From: Candidatus Binatia bacterium
Lineage (GTDB): Bacteria; Desulfobacterota; Binatia; HRBIN30
Length of the DNA stretch: 64,000 nucleotides
Reading direction: 5' to 3'
Assembly: GCA_038245295.1 (NCBI GenBank)
Contig: JBBRSP010000010.1
Span: 32,001 to 96,000 of the forward strand
Shown: positions 9,106 through 19,844 of the stretch, piece after piece
Layout of the letters: each line of letters begins with the position of its first letter
Numbering within the stretch: the stretch's first letter is position 1
Made by a program: the position numbers and the translations under genes
Notes under the pieces: model-generated
Told to the model about the DNA's origin: nothing
Database searches by the model: none
What the model saw: the letters and a program-made list of their open reading frames with translations, nothing else

Positions 9106-12100
9106 TCAGGCGTGTTCAAGAGCGTTGGCCGGAGCTGGCGCCTGCACGGGGCGCGCCCGGCTGACGAGTCGCCGCAGCCAGCGCTCCGCATCGTCGAAGA
9201 GGGTGTAGACGACGGGGACGACCAGCAACGTCAGCAGCGTCGATGTCACCAGGCCGCCGATCGAGATGACACCCATCGGGTTGCGCCACTCGGAGCCGTC
9301 GCCGCTGCTGAGGGCCACCGGCAGCATACCGAAGACGGTTGCCACGGCGGTCATCAATACGGGGCGCAGACGTGTCGGCCCCGCCTGGGTCACCGCCTCG
9401 TACAATCCCATGCCGCCGTCGCGCAGGGTGTTGGTGTAGTCGACGAGCAGGATCGAGTTCTTCATCACCACGCCCATCAACATCAGGAAGGCGATCTGCG
9501 CCATGAGATCGAGCGACATGCCGAGGATCCAGATCGAGGCGAACGCACCGATGAAGGATAGCGGCGCCGACAACATGATGGTTAGCGGATGGATGAAGGA
9601 ATTGAACTGCGACGCCAGCAGCATGTAGATCGCCACCAGGGCCAGAGCGAACGCGAAGATCACCGCGCGTGTCGTCTCCTGTAGACGCTCGCTCGAGCCG
9701 ACCGGCTGGATCTCGTATTCGCCTCCCACACCCAACTCGCGCGCGAAGCGTAGGACCTCTTCGTTGGCCTGCCCTGCCGACTTGCCTTCGAGATTGCCGG
9801 ATAAGGTCACGGCGCGCGTGCGGTTCTCCCGGTCGATCTGCACCGGCCCGCTGCCGACAATCGGCGACACTAGATTGCGCAACGGCACGAGGGCGCCATT
9901 CGGCGCTCTCACACGCACGAGATCGAGCTTACCCGGATCATCGCGATACTCGGGGCGCACCTGCACTCGCACGTCGTAGCGCTCGCCACGATCTTCGAAC
10001 GTCGTAGCTTTGAATCCGGCAAACAACGCCGCGATGGTGCGGCCGATCTGCATCGCCGGAACACCCAGGTCGGCGGCGCGGCCACGCGCGATGTCCAGGG
10101 CAATCTCCGGCTTGCCGGTTTCGTACGACAGATAGAGATCGGTATACCCGCCGGCCGCCTGCATACGTGCCATGAGACCACGGGCGTTGCGTTGCAACTG
10201 GTCGATGTCCGGACCACGCAGCGCATACATGATCTGCGCACTGCGGGCGCCGGGGAAGTTGATCAACGGCACTTCCTCCACCGCAAAGTCGTCGAATGGC
10301 AGGCCGGCGCGGCGGATGACGTCGCGCACGGCGATCATGATCTCCGTCTGACTGCGGCGGCGCTCCCCCTTCGGCGTCAACTGCACGTACACCAGCGCTT
10401 CGTTGACACGTTTCTTGACGCCACCGCCAATGGTCGAAAAGACGGTACGGATCTCCGGCACGCTGCGGATCTGCGCCTCGAGAGCGCGCACCGCCGTGTT
10501 CGACTGATCGATCGTGCTGCCAAGCGGCATCTTGAGCCACAGGTTGAACTCGGAGCGATCTTCGGAGGCGATGAAGTCGACCGGCACACGGCGGGCAATG
10601 AACACGCCCCCCGCTACCGCCAGGAACGCCATGCCCATCACAAGGCCGCGATGCCGCAGGCCCGCTGCCAGGACGCGGCGATAGTGGTTCTCGATTCGTG
10701 TATATCCGCTATCGAGGAGACGGAACGCAAGATTGTCACTGTGGCCACGCCGCAAGAAGCGCGAGCACATCATTGGGGTCAGCGTCAGCGACACGAGCAT
10801 CGAGATGAGAATGGCGGAGGTGGCGACTAACCCGAACTCGCGAAAGAACCGGCCAACGACGCCGCCCATGAAGGCGATCGGCACAAACACCGCGCACAAC
10901 GACAACGTCGTCGCGACCACGGCCAGAGCGATCTCGTTGGTCCCCTTGAGTGCCGCCGCGGCCGGCTCCTCTCCCTCCTCGACGTGGCGATAGACATTCT
11001 CCAAAACAACGATGGCGTCATCGATCAGGATGCCGATCGACAAGGACAGCGCCATCAACGTCATGGTGTTGAGCGTGAACCCGAAGAAATAGAAGAACAC
11101 GAGGCTGCCAAGCAGCGACGACGGGATGGCAACAGCGGCAATCAGGGTGCTGCGCGCGTTGCGCAAGAAGAGCAATACGGTGATCGACGCGAGGACCGCA
11201 CCCCAGGCCAGGTCGACGGCAACATCACGCACGGCGGTGCGGATGAAGCGCGACGAATCCATGGCTTCGACCAACTCGTATCCCGGCGGCAGCGCGGCGC
11301 GGCTAAGAACCAGTTGCTTTTTGACCGCGTCAACAACCGCCACCGTGTTCTGCCCCGACTGACGGCGAATCAGCAACGCGACACCACGCCGGCCATTGAG
11401 CTGCGACAAGGTGCGCTCCTCGGCCATGCCGTCTTCGACCGTCGCCACGTCACGCAAATGAACCGTACGCCCGGCACGCTCGACGACGACGATGTCGCCG
11501 AAACCTTCCGGGCTGGTGATCTTACCCTTCGTCTTGAGGGTGAACTCGCCGTGCTGCGTCGCGATGCGGCCGGCAGGCATCTCGATATGTTCGCGCTGCA
11601 GAGCGGAGAGAACGTCGTCGACGGCCAGCGCGTACCCGGTCAGACGAATCGGATCGATCCAGATACGGATCTCGCGGGCTCGCCCGCCAACCAGCGACAC
11701 ACTGCCGACACCGGGCACTCTTTCGAGACGCGGCTTGATGAACTTGTCGGCGAACTCACTCAGCTCGCCAACACCTTGCGGCCCCGCGAGCATGACCGCC
11801 AGAATCGGCGCCGAGTCGGGATCAATCGTGCCGACCACCGGCGGCTCGAGGTCGCGCGGCAAACCGCCGCGTACTTCGGCGACCTTGTCACGCACCTCCT
11901 GGGTCTTGGCTTGAATGTCGTACTCGAGGCCGAACTCGACGAAGATCAGCGACAGCGAGTCGCTCGACGCGCTGCGCAGGCTCTTGATGCCTTCGATCGT
12001 ATTGATCGCTTCCTCGATGACCTGTGAGACTTCGCGCTCCATGGTGTCCGGCGCCGCCCCTTCGAGGACGGTTGTAACCGTGACCAGCGGGAACTCGACG

Positions 12101-12216
12101 CGCGGGAATAGATCGACGCCAAGACGCGGAATCGAGACGATCCCCAGCACAACGAGACCACCGATCAGCATGACCGCGAACACCGGGCGGCGGATCGAGG
12201 TCTCGGGGAGTTTCAT
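9106..12216 (-). CDS. RND efflux permease (AcrB/AcrD/AcrF family)
   Basis: 1036 aa. Motifs [27 protein letters not shown] and RLRPVLMT are present. Confidence 0.95.
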   Translation of the reverse strand: MKLPETSIRRPVFAVMLIGGLVVLGIVSIPRLGVDLFPRVEFPLVTVTTVLEGAAPDTMEREVSQVIEEAINTIEGIKSLRSASSDSLSLIFVEFGLEYDIQAKTQEVRDKVAEVRGGLPRDLEPPVVGTIDPDSAPILAVMLAGPQGVGELSEFADKFIKPRLERVPGVGSVSLVGGRAREIRIWIDPIRLTGYALAVDDVLSALQREHIEMPAGRIATQHGEFTLKTKGKITSPEGFGDIVVVERAGRTVHLRDVATVEDGMAEERTLSQLNGRRGVALLIRRQSGQNTVAVVDAVKKQLVLSRAALPPGYELVEAMDSSRFIRTAVRDVAVDLAWGAVLASITVLLFLRNARSTLIAAVAIPSSLLGSLVFFYFFGFTLNTMTLMALSLSIGILIDDAIVVLENVYRHVEEGEEPAAAALKGTNEIALAVVATTLSLCAVFVPIAFMGGVVGRFFREFGLVATSAILISMLVSLTLTPMMCSRFLRRGHSDNLAFRLLDSGYTRIENHYRRVLAAGLRHRGLVMGMAFLAVAGGVFIARRVPVDFIASEDRSEFNLWLKMPLGSTIDQSNTAVRALEAQIRSVPEIRTVFSTIGGGVKKRVNEALVYVQLTPKGERRRSQTEIMIAVRDVIRRAGLPFDDFAVEEVPLINFPGARSAQIMYALRGPDIDQLQRNARGLMARMQAAGGYTDLYLSYETGKPEIALDIARGRAADLGVPAMQIGRTIAALFAGFKATTFEDRGERYDVRVQVRPEYRDDPGKLDLVRVRAPNGALVPLRNLVSPIVGSGPVQIDRENRTRAVTLSGNLEGKSAGQANEEVLRFARELGVGGEYEIQPVGSSERLQETTRAVIFAFALALVAIYMLLASQFNSFIHPLTIMLSAPLSFIGAFASIWILGMSLDLMAQIAFLMLMGVVMKNSILLVDYTNTLRDGGMGLYEAVTQAGPTRLRPVLMTAVATVFGMLPVALSSGDGSEWRNPMGVISIGGLVTSTLLTLLVVPVVYTLFDDAERWLRRLVSRARPVQAPAPANALEHA

Positions 12217-13376
12217 GATTTTGGCTCTGGCGCCGCCGCGTCGGTGACATGCACACGCATACCGGGCGCGATGGTGCGTGCCGAAGCACCGACCAGCACC
12301 AAGTCACCCTCGGCGATTCCGTCGACAACCTCGGCATCATGCTCGTTCACCAAGCCGATGCGCACCGGCACGGCGACCGAGCGATCGTCGCGAATGACCA
12401 TGACACGCGTCCGCGCATCTTCGGTGCGCACCGCTTCGCGGGCCACTAGCAAGACTTCCGATTTCGCGCGCGGGTGCAGCTCCAGAACGGCGAAGACACC
12501 GGCTTTGAGAGTGTGGTTGGCGTTGGGAACGATCGCTTTGACGAGATACGTGCGCGTCGCTGGATCAATCGTGTCACTCACCGCCGAGACCGTCGTGGCG
12601 ATCGGCTGCGGCACACCTTCGACGGAGACGGTGAGCGGGTCGCCCACCTGAACGAGCGCCAACTGGCTCTCCGGAATCGCCGCCCGCGCCTCGAGCTCCG
12701 CCGTCTCCTGGATGACCAGCAGAACCGTTTGCGGCTGCACCAATGCCGTAGTTCCTTCGTCGACGAGGCGTTGAGCGATCGAGCCGGCATAGGGTGCCGG
12801 CACGGTGGTTCGTTCCAATTGATGGCGCGCTAAACCGACCACCTGCTCGGCCTGGCGCACCCGCGCTTCGGCCACCGCCAGCTGAGTGCTCAGCCGATCC
12901 ACTTCCTGCTGCGCCACGACATTCTGTTTGCGCAGCGCGCTACCGCGATGCAGATCCGCATCGATCTGACGCTGTTCGGCGGCCGCCACATCCAGGCCGG
13001 CCTGCGCTTGTCGCAAACCCATCTCGTACGGCGACGGATCAATCTGGAACAATGGCGCGCCGGCTTCGACCCGATCGCCTTCCTTCACCAGGATGCGAAG
13101 AACACGCCCGGCCACCTCGGTGCCGATGCGGCTTTCACGCCGCGCCGCCAGACTGCCGGAGGCGGTGATCACCTGACCGATCGCCCCACGGCGCGCCGGC
13201 ATGGCCTGCACAGCAATGGAAGGTTCACCACCAGCAGAGGTAACCGGCGAGACAGTGGCTTTCGGTGGCTGACGACAGGCGGCCACAGTACAGGCGGCCA
13301 GAGTACAGGCGGCGACGATCAGAATCCGCGCCGCAGTGGAACTGGGTAGTCGGCCCTGTAGAGTGGCGGGCAACAT
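12213..13376 (-). CDS. RND periplasmic adaptor (MFP) subunit
   Basis: Motifs VAGRVLRILVKEGDRVEAGAPLF, TVPAPYAG, IDPATRT and LKAGVF. It overlaps the RND start (ATGA). The start codon is approximate. Confidence 0.9.
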   Translation of the reverse strand: MLPATLQGRLPSSTAARILIVAACTLAACTVAACRQPPKATVSPVTSAGGEPSIAVQAMPARRGAIGQVITASGSLAARRESRIGTEVAGRVLRILVKEGDRVEAGAPLFQIDPSPYEMGLRQAQAGLDVAAAEQRQIDADLHRGSALRKQNVVAQQEVDRLSTQLAVAEARVRQAEQVVGLARHQLERTTVPAPYAGSIAQRLVDEGTTALVQPQTVLLVIQETAELEARAAIPESQLALVQVGDPLTVSVEGVPQPIATTVSAVSDTIDPATRTYLVKAIVPNANHTLKAGVFAVLELHPRAKSEVLLVAREAVRTEDARTRVMVIRDDRSVAVPVRIGLVNEHDAEVVDGIAEGDLVLVGASARTIAPGMRVHVTDAAAPEPKS

Positions 13377-13587
13377 GGACCTTGTCGGTGCAAACCTTGC
13401 ACCAAGCGCACGCCGGCAACCGCAATAAGGTTGCAACCGCGGAACGCCGCGGCGATTCCCAGCGATGGATCGGGGCACGGCGCGGATTTCTTGGGAATGG
13501 GAGGTGGCGTCGGCGCGCCAGCCGATCTTGCGCACAACGAAGAACACGAGGTGGGCTTTGCCCGCAACCCAACGCAGGCTTATTGCT

Positions 13588-13690
13588 GCCACAGATGAAT
13601 GGGATGAGCACAGATGGCTTGTAAACAGACATCGCCAGCATCGCAGGCCCGACGGGCCTGCATCTGTGTGCATCGGTGTCCATCCGTGGC
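13588..13690. repeat. CACAGAT/ATCTGTG-type intergenic inverted repeat
   Basis: GCCACAGATGAA..CACAGATG pairs with CATCTGTGTGCATC..ATCCGTGGC. Confidence 0.5.
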
Positions 13691-13829
13691 AAAGAGCGGC
13701 TGGTGGTGTGTAGGTCGCTCAATCTTCGCGCGCCGCGATGATCCTGCGAGATTGAAAGCGGTTCGTTGCCACGGATAAACACAGCCCGGCCGTTGGCCGG
13801 AACCGACTCAGGCCAAGCAGTCCTACCTC

Positions 13830-13899
13830 CGTCATTCCGGCGAAAGCCGGAATCTCCCAAGCGTTCCGCAGGTTCCAATCGAGGAGATCCCGGCTTTCG
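13830..13899. repeat. CGTC-type REP doublet (right copy truncated)
   Basis: CGTCATTCCGGCGAAAGCCGGAATCTC ... GAGATCCCGGCTTTCG; a homolog lies at 29136-29216. Confidence 0.75.
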
Positions 13900-14052
13900 A
13901 GACCGTCGATAATGTCTAGGGCGGGCTTCGAGACGCCTGTCCTGATCTACGTCGAACGGGCCTCACGGATCGGATTTCACCAAGTGGGCCTCCTCAGCCC
14001 GAACGGGGTGTCTGTCACTGTGCGGCGAGGGCGCGGTTGACAGAATCATCGC

Positions 14053-15681
14053 TTGCCCCATATGACCGCGGCGTCCGCAGGGGAGGCGCACTTGGGGAAA
14101 TGTCGGCGACTCAATCTCGTGAGGCTAGTCGTTGCGGCGGCATTGGCTTCGTTCCTACACACAGCCTCCGTCGCCAATGGGGCTATGCCCCGAACCTCCG
14201 GGGTAGAGATAGCGACGCCACGGCCGACTCTGACGCCCACCCGAGTACCCACACCACGCAATACTCCGACTATTCCACGAAGTCCGACAAACATGCCCAG
14301 CGCTACGGCGACGCGCGCCCCGACTCTTCTCGGTGGGAGCTGCAGCGGTGATTGCAACGGGGACGGTGACGTCACGATCGATGAGTTGCTGACCGCCGTG
14401 CTTGTCGGACTCGGCACCACACCAATCGAAGGTTGTGCCCCCGCGGACCAAAGCGGCGACGGCGAGGTCACCATCGATGAGCTCCTGGTAGCGGTCAATC
14501 GTGCGCTGAGCGGGTGCGACGCAAGCCTGCTGCAACAGGGCCGTACCGCGATGTCGCGCGGCCGGCTGGGCGCCGCGAGTCGAGACTTTTGCGAGGCCGC
14601 TGCGGCGACTCCAGAAGATCACGCCGCGCTGCTGAACTGCGCCCTCACACGCGCCGTCGCCAACATCGTCGACAACGCGGCATTCCTCGACTTACTGCGG
14701 CGTGCCGGAGTGACGCTGAGCGGAAGCGGCGACGATATCTGTGGCCTCGGGGCGCGTATCGCGCGCGACGTACCGATCGACTCGCCGCGAACCGGCGAGA
14801 TCTTCGCCGCCCTACGCGCCGATGTGCTGCCACAGATCGAGATGGCATTGGCCGCCATCCGCGAAATACCTGCGACCATCCAAATTCCTTTCGACTTGCG
14901 GCAATTGCCATCTTGTATGCGTCCCTCCCTCACCGTGGCCATCGAGATCGATCAGGGCGACGTCCTCGCGCTATCCGCTTGGCTGCAGTTCATGCACGCC
15001 GTGCTGGACACGCTGTCGTCTTATGATCTCGACATCGACCTGCAGAGTTTGGCGCACACCACGCCGCGCGGTGCATTGGAGCGAGCGCCGGCCTTGTTGA
15101 CACTGACCTCGCCCGCAAATCTGACCCAGGCACGTGGGTACCTCGATCAAGCGCTGAGCAGCGCCGGTACGGCGATCGGCGCGATTTTGGCAGAGACCGA
15201 CAACCAATCGAACGACGTTGTCGTCATTAGCGCGGTAAACAGGGCGGGGGCACAGCGCACCTTGCACGTCTTGGATCTGATCCGGCAATCCGTACAGGGA
15301 GTGGTCGCCATCTCAACCGACATCGGTGTCCAACGCCCCGAGCGGCTTAATCTGAGTCTACTGCTAGGCGGGCAGTTCCAAAGCTTACGACCGTTCTTGC
15401 CCTCATTCACGGCGGACGGTTCGTTCGCTCAGACGTTCCCGGATCCATCGTTCGGCGGAACGGCGCCGGATCTGACCCAGGACGAGATCCAGTACGCCGT
15501 CAAGCAGGTCAGGGACTTCCTTCCGGGCTTGAGGCAGGCGACCCGTCACGACTGCTTTGTGTCCGTCCAGACGCGGAGTGCCGCCGAGTGCGAAGCACTC
15601 CGCCCCGAGTACGACTGCCGACAATCCACATTTTATCCACTCGCGTTCTGCGACCTTTCCGCTTGTAGGTGTACCCTGTGA
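14053..15681 (+). CDS. Secreted protein with PT linker, dockerin-like module and helical C-terminal region
   Basis: Signal-like segment and TPT linker, then CSGDCNGDGDVTIDELL..DQSGDGEVTIDELL..ALSGC. The start is uncertain. Confidence 0.75.
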   Translation: MPHMTAASAGEAHLGKCRRLNLVRLVVAAALASFLHTASVANGAMPRTSGVEIATPRPTLTPTRVPTPRNTPTIPRSPTNMPSATATRAPTLLGGSCSGDCNGDGDVTIDELLTAVLVGLGTTPIEGCAPADQSGDGEVTIDELLVAVNRALSGCDASLLQQGRTAMSRGRLGAASRDFCEAAAATPEDHAALLNCALTRAVANIVDNAAFLDLLRRAGVTLSGSGDDICGLGARIARDVPIDSPRTGEIFAALRADVLPQIEMALAAIREIPATIQIPFDLRQLPSCMRPSLTVAIEIDQGDVLALSAWLQFMHAVLDTLSSYDLDIDLQSLAHTTPRGALERAPALLTLTSPANLTQARGYLDQALSSAGTAIGAILAETDNQSNDVVVISAVNRAGAQRTLHVLDLIRQSVQGVVAISTDIGVQRPERLNLSLLLGGQFQSLRPFLPSFTADGSFAQTFPDPSFGGTAPDLTQDEIQYAVKQVRDFLPGLRQATRHDCFVSVQTRSAAECEALRPEYDCRQSTFYPLAFCDLSACRCTL

Positions 15682-16286
15682 CGCTCCGTCGAGATCAACG
15701 GCACGGCCTACCAAGAACGCTAGCGTTGCTCGGCGTCGTTGCCACGTGTCTCGCCATGGTGGCTGTGGGCGTCGCCCTGCGACTCAACGACGCATCGGCA
15801 CCTTTGGCCGCCACCTCCGGGGCGCTGATGACTCTCGGAGGGTTTCGCCGCACCGCATATGACGGCAATCAGCCGCGCTTCCGCGTATCCGGCGAGGTGG
15901 CCACTCTGGCAAACACCAAACTCGTCGGCCCTTTCAGCCTGGGATTCCTCTATTCGATCAGCGCCCGCAACGTCACGATCGAAACCTTTGCGGATGCGGA
16001 TGACGCGGTGGCAGCGACGCCGGAGCAGATGATCATCCAACCACTCACCGCCCTGGTGCGGGAATCATGGCGCGGCGGACAGCTCGGGCAGGCGCAAGTC
16101 GAACAGTTGCGCGTCATCGAGCATCGTCCGGGAGGCGACACACTCCTCCTGCAGGCGGCATCGTGTCGCGTCACACTGACGCGTCGGCGGGCCGAATGCA
16201 GCGACGGAACCATGACCCGACATGGAACCAGCGTGGCGTTCAAAACCGCGTCGTATGACGGCAAGACATTGCAGATGCGGCCCTAA
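15678..16286 (+). CDS. Hypothetical membrane-anchored periplasmic protein
   Basis: GTG start overlaps the upstream stop (GTGA). One N-terminal hydrophobic helix is followed by beta-rich sequence. Confidence 0.6.
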   Translation: MTLRRDQRHGLPRTLALLGVVATCLAMVAVGVALRLNDASAPLAATSGALMTLGGFRRTAYDGNQPRFRVSGEVATLANTKLVGPFSLGFLYSISARNVTIETFADADDAVAATPEQMIIQPLTALVRESWRGGQLGQAQVEQLRVIEHRPGGDTLLLQAASCRVTLTRRRAECSDGTMTRHGTSVAFKTASYDGKTLQMRP

Positions 16287-16314
16287 GGAGCGCCCTCCGC
16301 AACGGATCGCGTGC

Positions 16315-16458
16315 TCACCCGCAGCCATTCATCACAGCCACGACTCCACGCGTGAGGTCATCGATGCGGCCGTGGCCATCGTCGTTCTGGTCGGCGGGAC
16401 GACACTCCGAGAGCGGCTTGGCGTCGCATTTGCCGGGAAGCGCATTTGCAGCATTTGC
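16315..16458 (-). pseudogene. Orphan 3' fragment encoding half of a dockerin-like module
   Basis: Reads PLSECRPADQNDDGHGRIDDLTRGVVAVMNGCG*; the similarity stops at the repeat at 16461. Confidence 0.55.
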
Positions 16459-16459
16459 C

Positions 16460-16486
16460 GGGACACCCACCCATGAACGGGCGTCG
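16460..16486 (+). repeat. Half copy of the GGACACCCA element
   Basis: GGGACACCCACCCATGAACGGGCGTCG matches the copies at 22464 and 29917. Confidence 0.7.
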
Positions 16487-16639
16487 CGCCGATGCGCTTC
16501 AGTCTCAGGACTGAGAACCTCGCGTCGCCGCCATCGCTGTCCTGCGAATGGTCTGCCTTCCTCCGCCGTCGGCCCAAGGAGATACGGCCCTTCCTGCCAG
16601 GGCATGGAGGTTGTTAGTTAAGCGAGTGGGAGGAACTTC

Positions 16640-17953
16640 GTGAATACTCGCGGTTTGTTCCATGCGATTCTGACCTGTGTGACCGCCGGCCCGGGGCTTG
16701 GATTCAATCGTGCCGTGTTGTTCGTCACCGATGAGGATGGGCATCATCTCGAAGCGGCGATGGCCATCGGCCCCGGAAGCGCCGAGGAAGCCCAGGACAC
16801 GTGGGCCAGCCTGGAAGGCGAGTCAAAGTCGCTAGAGGAACTGTTGCGTTTGCCGCCAGGCAATGCGCATCGGACGTCGTTTCAGTGTCAGATCGAGGGT
16901 CTGACCATGGCGCTCGACGATGACGGAGGAACGAATCCCCTCCTTGAGGCCTACCGCAAGCGGCGCGTCGTGCGGATCGGCGATGAGGCGCGCCTCGATC
17001 AGATCCCCGCGCCGCTGCGCGCCGTGTTCGCCGGCACCGAGGTGATCTGTGTCCCCTTGATCGCACACGATCGCGTCGTCGGGCTCTTGGTGGCCGACAA
17101 TGCCTTCACCCGAACGAAGATCACCGAAGAGCGTATCCAACTTCTGCTGGTGCTCGCCATGTTGGCTGGGCAGGCAATCGACGGCGTCCGGGTCTATCGG
17201 CAACTAGAGCGCCAGGCCGACGAGCTACGCCGTACCGTCGAGGAGTTGAGGACGACGCAAGAGCACCTGATCCGCAGCGAACGCCTGGCCATGGTGGGCG
17301 AGGTCGTAGCGCGGGTCAGTCACGAAATTCGCAACCCACTGAGCACCATCGGCGGCTTCGCCCGCGGCCTTGCCAAGCATCCCGACGATGTCGCGCGCGT
17401 CAGCCGCAACAGCACGATCATCGTCGCCGAAGTCGAAAAACTGGAAACCCTCCTGAAGGAGATGCTCGACTTCACCAGCCCGCGACCGCCGGTGCTGGTG
17501 CCGTGCGACAGCAATGAGATCCTCGAGGCGCTGGCCAATGTGTACCGTGACGAGTTGGCGGAGCGCCACGTACTCCTAAAGCTCGATCTCAGCCGCTCCT
17601 TGGCGCCGGTCCTGGTCGATACGCATCAGCTACACCGGGCTCTGCTCAATCTGTTGCAGAATGGCACCCAGGCAATGGAGTCGAATCCGGCCGGCGAGCC
17701 GCACCGCCTGTCGCTACGGTCTTGGCAAGAGGGCTCGATGGTTTGCATTGGCGTACAAGACACAGGAAGGGGGATCGAAGAAAACGTGTTGGAAAGAATC
17801 TTCACACCATTCTTCACGACCAAGTCGCGCGGCACCGGGCTCGGTTTGGCCGTCGTCAAGAAAATCATCGACGACCATCACGGCACGATCGACGTGCAGA
17901 CACAGCCGGGGCGAGGAACGACGTTCGTCATCTCGCTGCCGGCGGTCGGGTGA
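16640..17953 (+). CDS. GAF-domain sensor histidine kinase (NtrB-like), possibly N-terminally truncated
   Basis: Motifs GLGFNRAVLF, VSHEIRNPL, NLLQNG, DTGRGI and PFFTTKSRGTGLGL. Confidence 0.88.
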   Translation: MNTRGLFHAILTCVTAGPGLGFNRAVLFVTDEDGHHLEAAMAIGPGSAEEAQDTWASLEGESKSLEELLRLPPGNAHRTSFQCQIEGLTMALDDDGGTNPLLEAYRKRRVVRIGDEARLDQIPAPLRAVFAGTEVICVPLIAHDRVVGLLVADNAFTRTKITEERIQLLLVLAMLAGQAIDGVRVYRQLERQADELRRTVEELRTTQEHLIRSERLAMVGEVVARVSHEIRNPLSTIGGFARGLAKHPDDVARVSRNSTIIVAEVEKLETLLKEMLDFTSPRPPVLVPCDSNEILEALANVYRDELAERHVLLKLDLSRSLAPVLVDTHQLHRALLNLLQNGTQAMESNPAGEPHRLSLRSWQEGSMVCIGVQDTGRGIEENVLERIFTPFFTTKSRGTGLGLAVVKKIIDDHHGTIDVQTQPGRGTTFVISLPAVG

Positions 17954-17957
17954 GTTC

Positions 17958-18353
17958 ATGGCGCGAATCCTGATCGTCGATGACGAAGCGCATCAGCGGC
18001 TCCTCTATCGGGAGTTGCTGGAAGACGAAGGTCACCTGGTGTTGGAAGCAGCCGACGGCGCAATGGCGCTCGAGATCGTCCGTCGTGAGACTCCGGATTT
18101 GGTCATCCTCGATATCAACATGCCCGGGCCCGATGGGCTGCAAACCCTCCGGCGGCTGCACGATCTGAACCCCCGCCTGGCGGTGATTCTCAACTCGGCC
18201 TACGCCGCGTACAAGGATCAGTTTGTCAGCTGGCTGGCCGACGCGTACGTTACCAAGTCGTCGCGAACCGACGATATGATTGCGACCGTTCACGCGGTTC
18301 TAGCGCAGCGTGGCAACAATCGCGTTGCACAGAGTGGGCGCCCGCACGCATGA
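17958..18353 (+). CDS. Single-domain response regulator
   Basis: Motifs ILIVDDE, DLVILDINMPGPDG and ADAYVTKS. Confidence 0.9.
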   Translation: MARILIVDDEAHQRLLYRELLEDEGHLVLEAADGAMALEIVRRETPDLVILDINMPGPDGLQTLRRLHDLNPRLAVILNSAYAAYKDQFVSWLADAYVTKSSRTDDMIATVHAVLAQRGNNRVAQSGRPHA

Positions 18354-19588
18354 ACCACAGAGAATGGAATGAATCGACGCTGGTGATGCTACTCGCCGGC
18401 GGCCAGGGCGAACGTCTGTACCCGCTGACCAAACGGCGCGCCAAGCCGGCCGTTCCATTCGCCGGCTTGTATCGCATCGTCGACTTTACCCTCTCCAATT
18501 GTCTGAATAGCGGCCTGCGTCGGGTCTTCGTTCTAACCCAGCACAAGTCGTTGTCGCTCGATCGCCATCTGCGTGTTGCATGGAGCATTCTGCAGCCCGA
18601 CATGGGCGAGTTCATCCAGAGCGTACCGCCGCAATTGAGTCTCGTGTCGCGTTGGTACGCCGGCACTGCCGATGCCGTCTTCCAGAATCTCGACCTGCTC
18701 GAGGAGGAGCGCGCGCGATACACGCTCATCGTCTCCGGCGATCACATCTACCGGATGGACTATCGTGAGATGCTGCAGTTTCACGCGGACCGCGACGCGG
18801 ATTTGACTGTCGCCTGCACAGAGGTGTCTGTTGACGAGGCAACCCGCATGGGAGTCATCCAGGTTGACGGCGAGGCTCACATCCGCGGCTTTGCCGAGAA
18901 GCCAACACACCCGGCAACACTCCCGAATCGCGCCGGGCGGTGTCTGGCGAGCATGGGGGTATACGTGTTCAAGACCGAAGCGCTGGTCCGTTCTCTCATC
19001 GCCGACGCGAAGAGCGAATCAACACACGACTTCGGGCATGATGTGATCCCGTCGATGCTGTCGTCGGCACGTCGTCTATGCGCCTTCGACGTCATTGAGC
19101 GCCTTCCCCCCACACAACGCTATTGGCAGGACGTCGGCACGCTCGACAGCTATTTCGAAACCAACATGGACCTGCTCGGAGCCAATCCACCGTTCAACCT
19201 GTTCGATCCCGGGTGGGCCGTACGCACTCACATCGGCCATCCACCGCCGGCGCTGTTGCGCAACGCCGACGGCTACGAGGCGCGCGCGGTCAACTGCATC
19301 GTCTCCCCGGGCTGCATGTTGTCCGGAGCCCAGGTGTTCAACTCCGTCTTGTCACCCGGAGTGCAAATCGACGCCGGCGCCACGATCGAATCGTGCATCC
19401 TGATGCCGAACGTCCGCGTCGGTGCCGGAGCAACCTTGCGACGCTCGATCGTCGATGAGAATGTCGTCATCCCACCCGGGATGCAGCTGGGGTGCGATGT
19501 CGATGCGGACCGAAGCCGCTACACGGTGACCAAATCCGGTGTTGTCGTCGTCGGCGAGGGCACCCTGCTCGGGGGAAGCTCGTGGTGA
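18350..19588 (+). CDS. glgC: Glucose-1-phosphate adenylyltransferase
   Basis: Motifs LAGGQGERLYPLT.RRAKPAVPF, WYAGTADAV, SGDHIYRMDY, FAEKP and YWQDVGT, then a beta-helix. Confidence 0.95.
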   Translation: MNHREWNESTLVMLLAGGQGERLYPLTKRRAKPAVPFAGLYRIVDFTLSNCLNSGLRRVFVLTQHKSLSLDRHLRVAWSILQPDMGEFIQSVPPQLSLVSRWYAGTADAVFQNLDLLEEERARYTLIVSGDHIYRMDYREMLQFHADRDADLTVACTEVSVDEATRMGVIQVDGEAHIRGFAEKPTHPATLPNRAGRCLASMGVYVFKTEALVRSLIADAKSESTHDFGHDVIPSMLSSARRLCAFDVIERLPPTQRYWQDVGTLDSYFETNMDLLGANPPFNLFDPGWAVRTHIGHPPPALLRNADGYEARAVNCIVSPGCMLSGAQVFNSVLSPGVQIDAGATIESCILMPNVRVGAGATLRRSIVDENVVIPPGMQLGCDVDADRSRYTVTKSGVVVVGEGTLLGGSSW

Positions 19589-19616
19589 TTGCGGCGCCGT
19601 CTTTGCCCCCCCAGGG

Positions 19617-19769
19617 TGTGATTCAGCGTTCAACTTTGACCCCGATCGGCTTCCAATCGTGACCCCCGTTCGACCGGGCAACAATTCAATTGGGCAGGCT
19701 TATTAGGGAACTCCGGGTGGGGTCAATTTTCGACGCCTGCCCCAGGGGCAGACCCCACGCCGATTCACA
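19617..19769. mobile_element. IS21-like non-autonomous remnant (two IS ends, no transposase)
   Basis: TG...CA ends with an imperfect TIR (TGTGATTCAGCGT / ACGCCGATTCACA). Internal TGACCCC repeats lie on the left and GGGGTCAATTTTCGACGCC on the right. Confidence 0.65.
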
Positions 19770-19844
19770 CCCTGCCTTTGTGCACAACAACGATCGCCCG
19801 TGTGAAGCGCTCGTAGCCTTGCTCCTATTGGAGCTGCAGTTCGA

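Noticed and set aside
7828..9561. 577-aa plus-strand ORF
   Set aside because: Antisense shadow of the C45 and RND genes; it runs through a REPIN.
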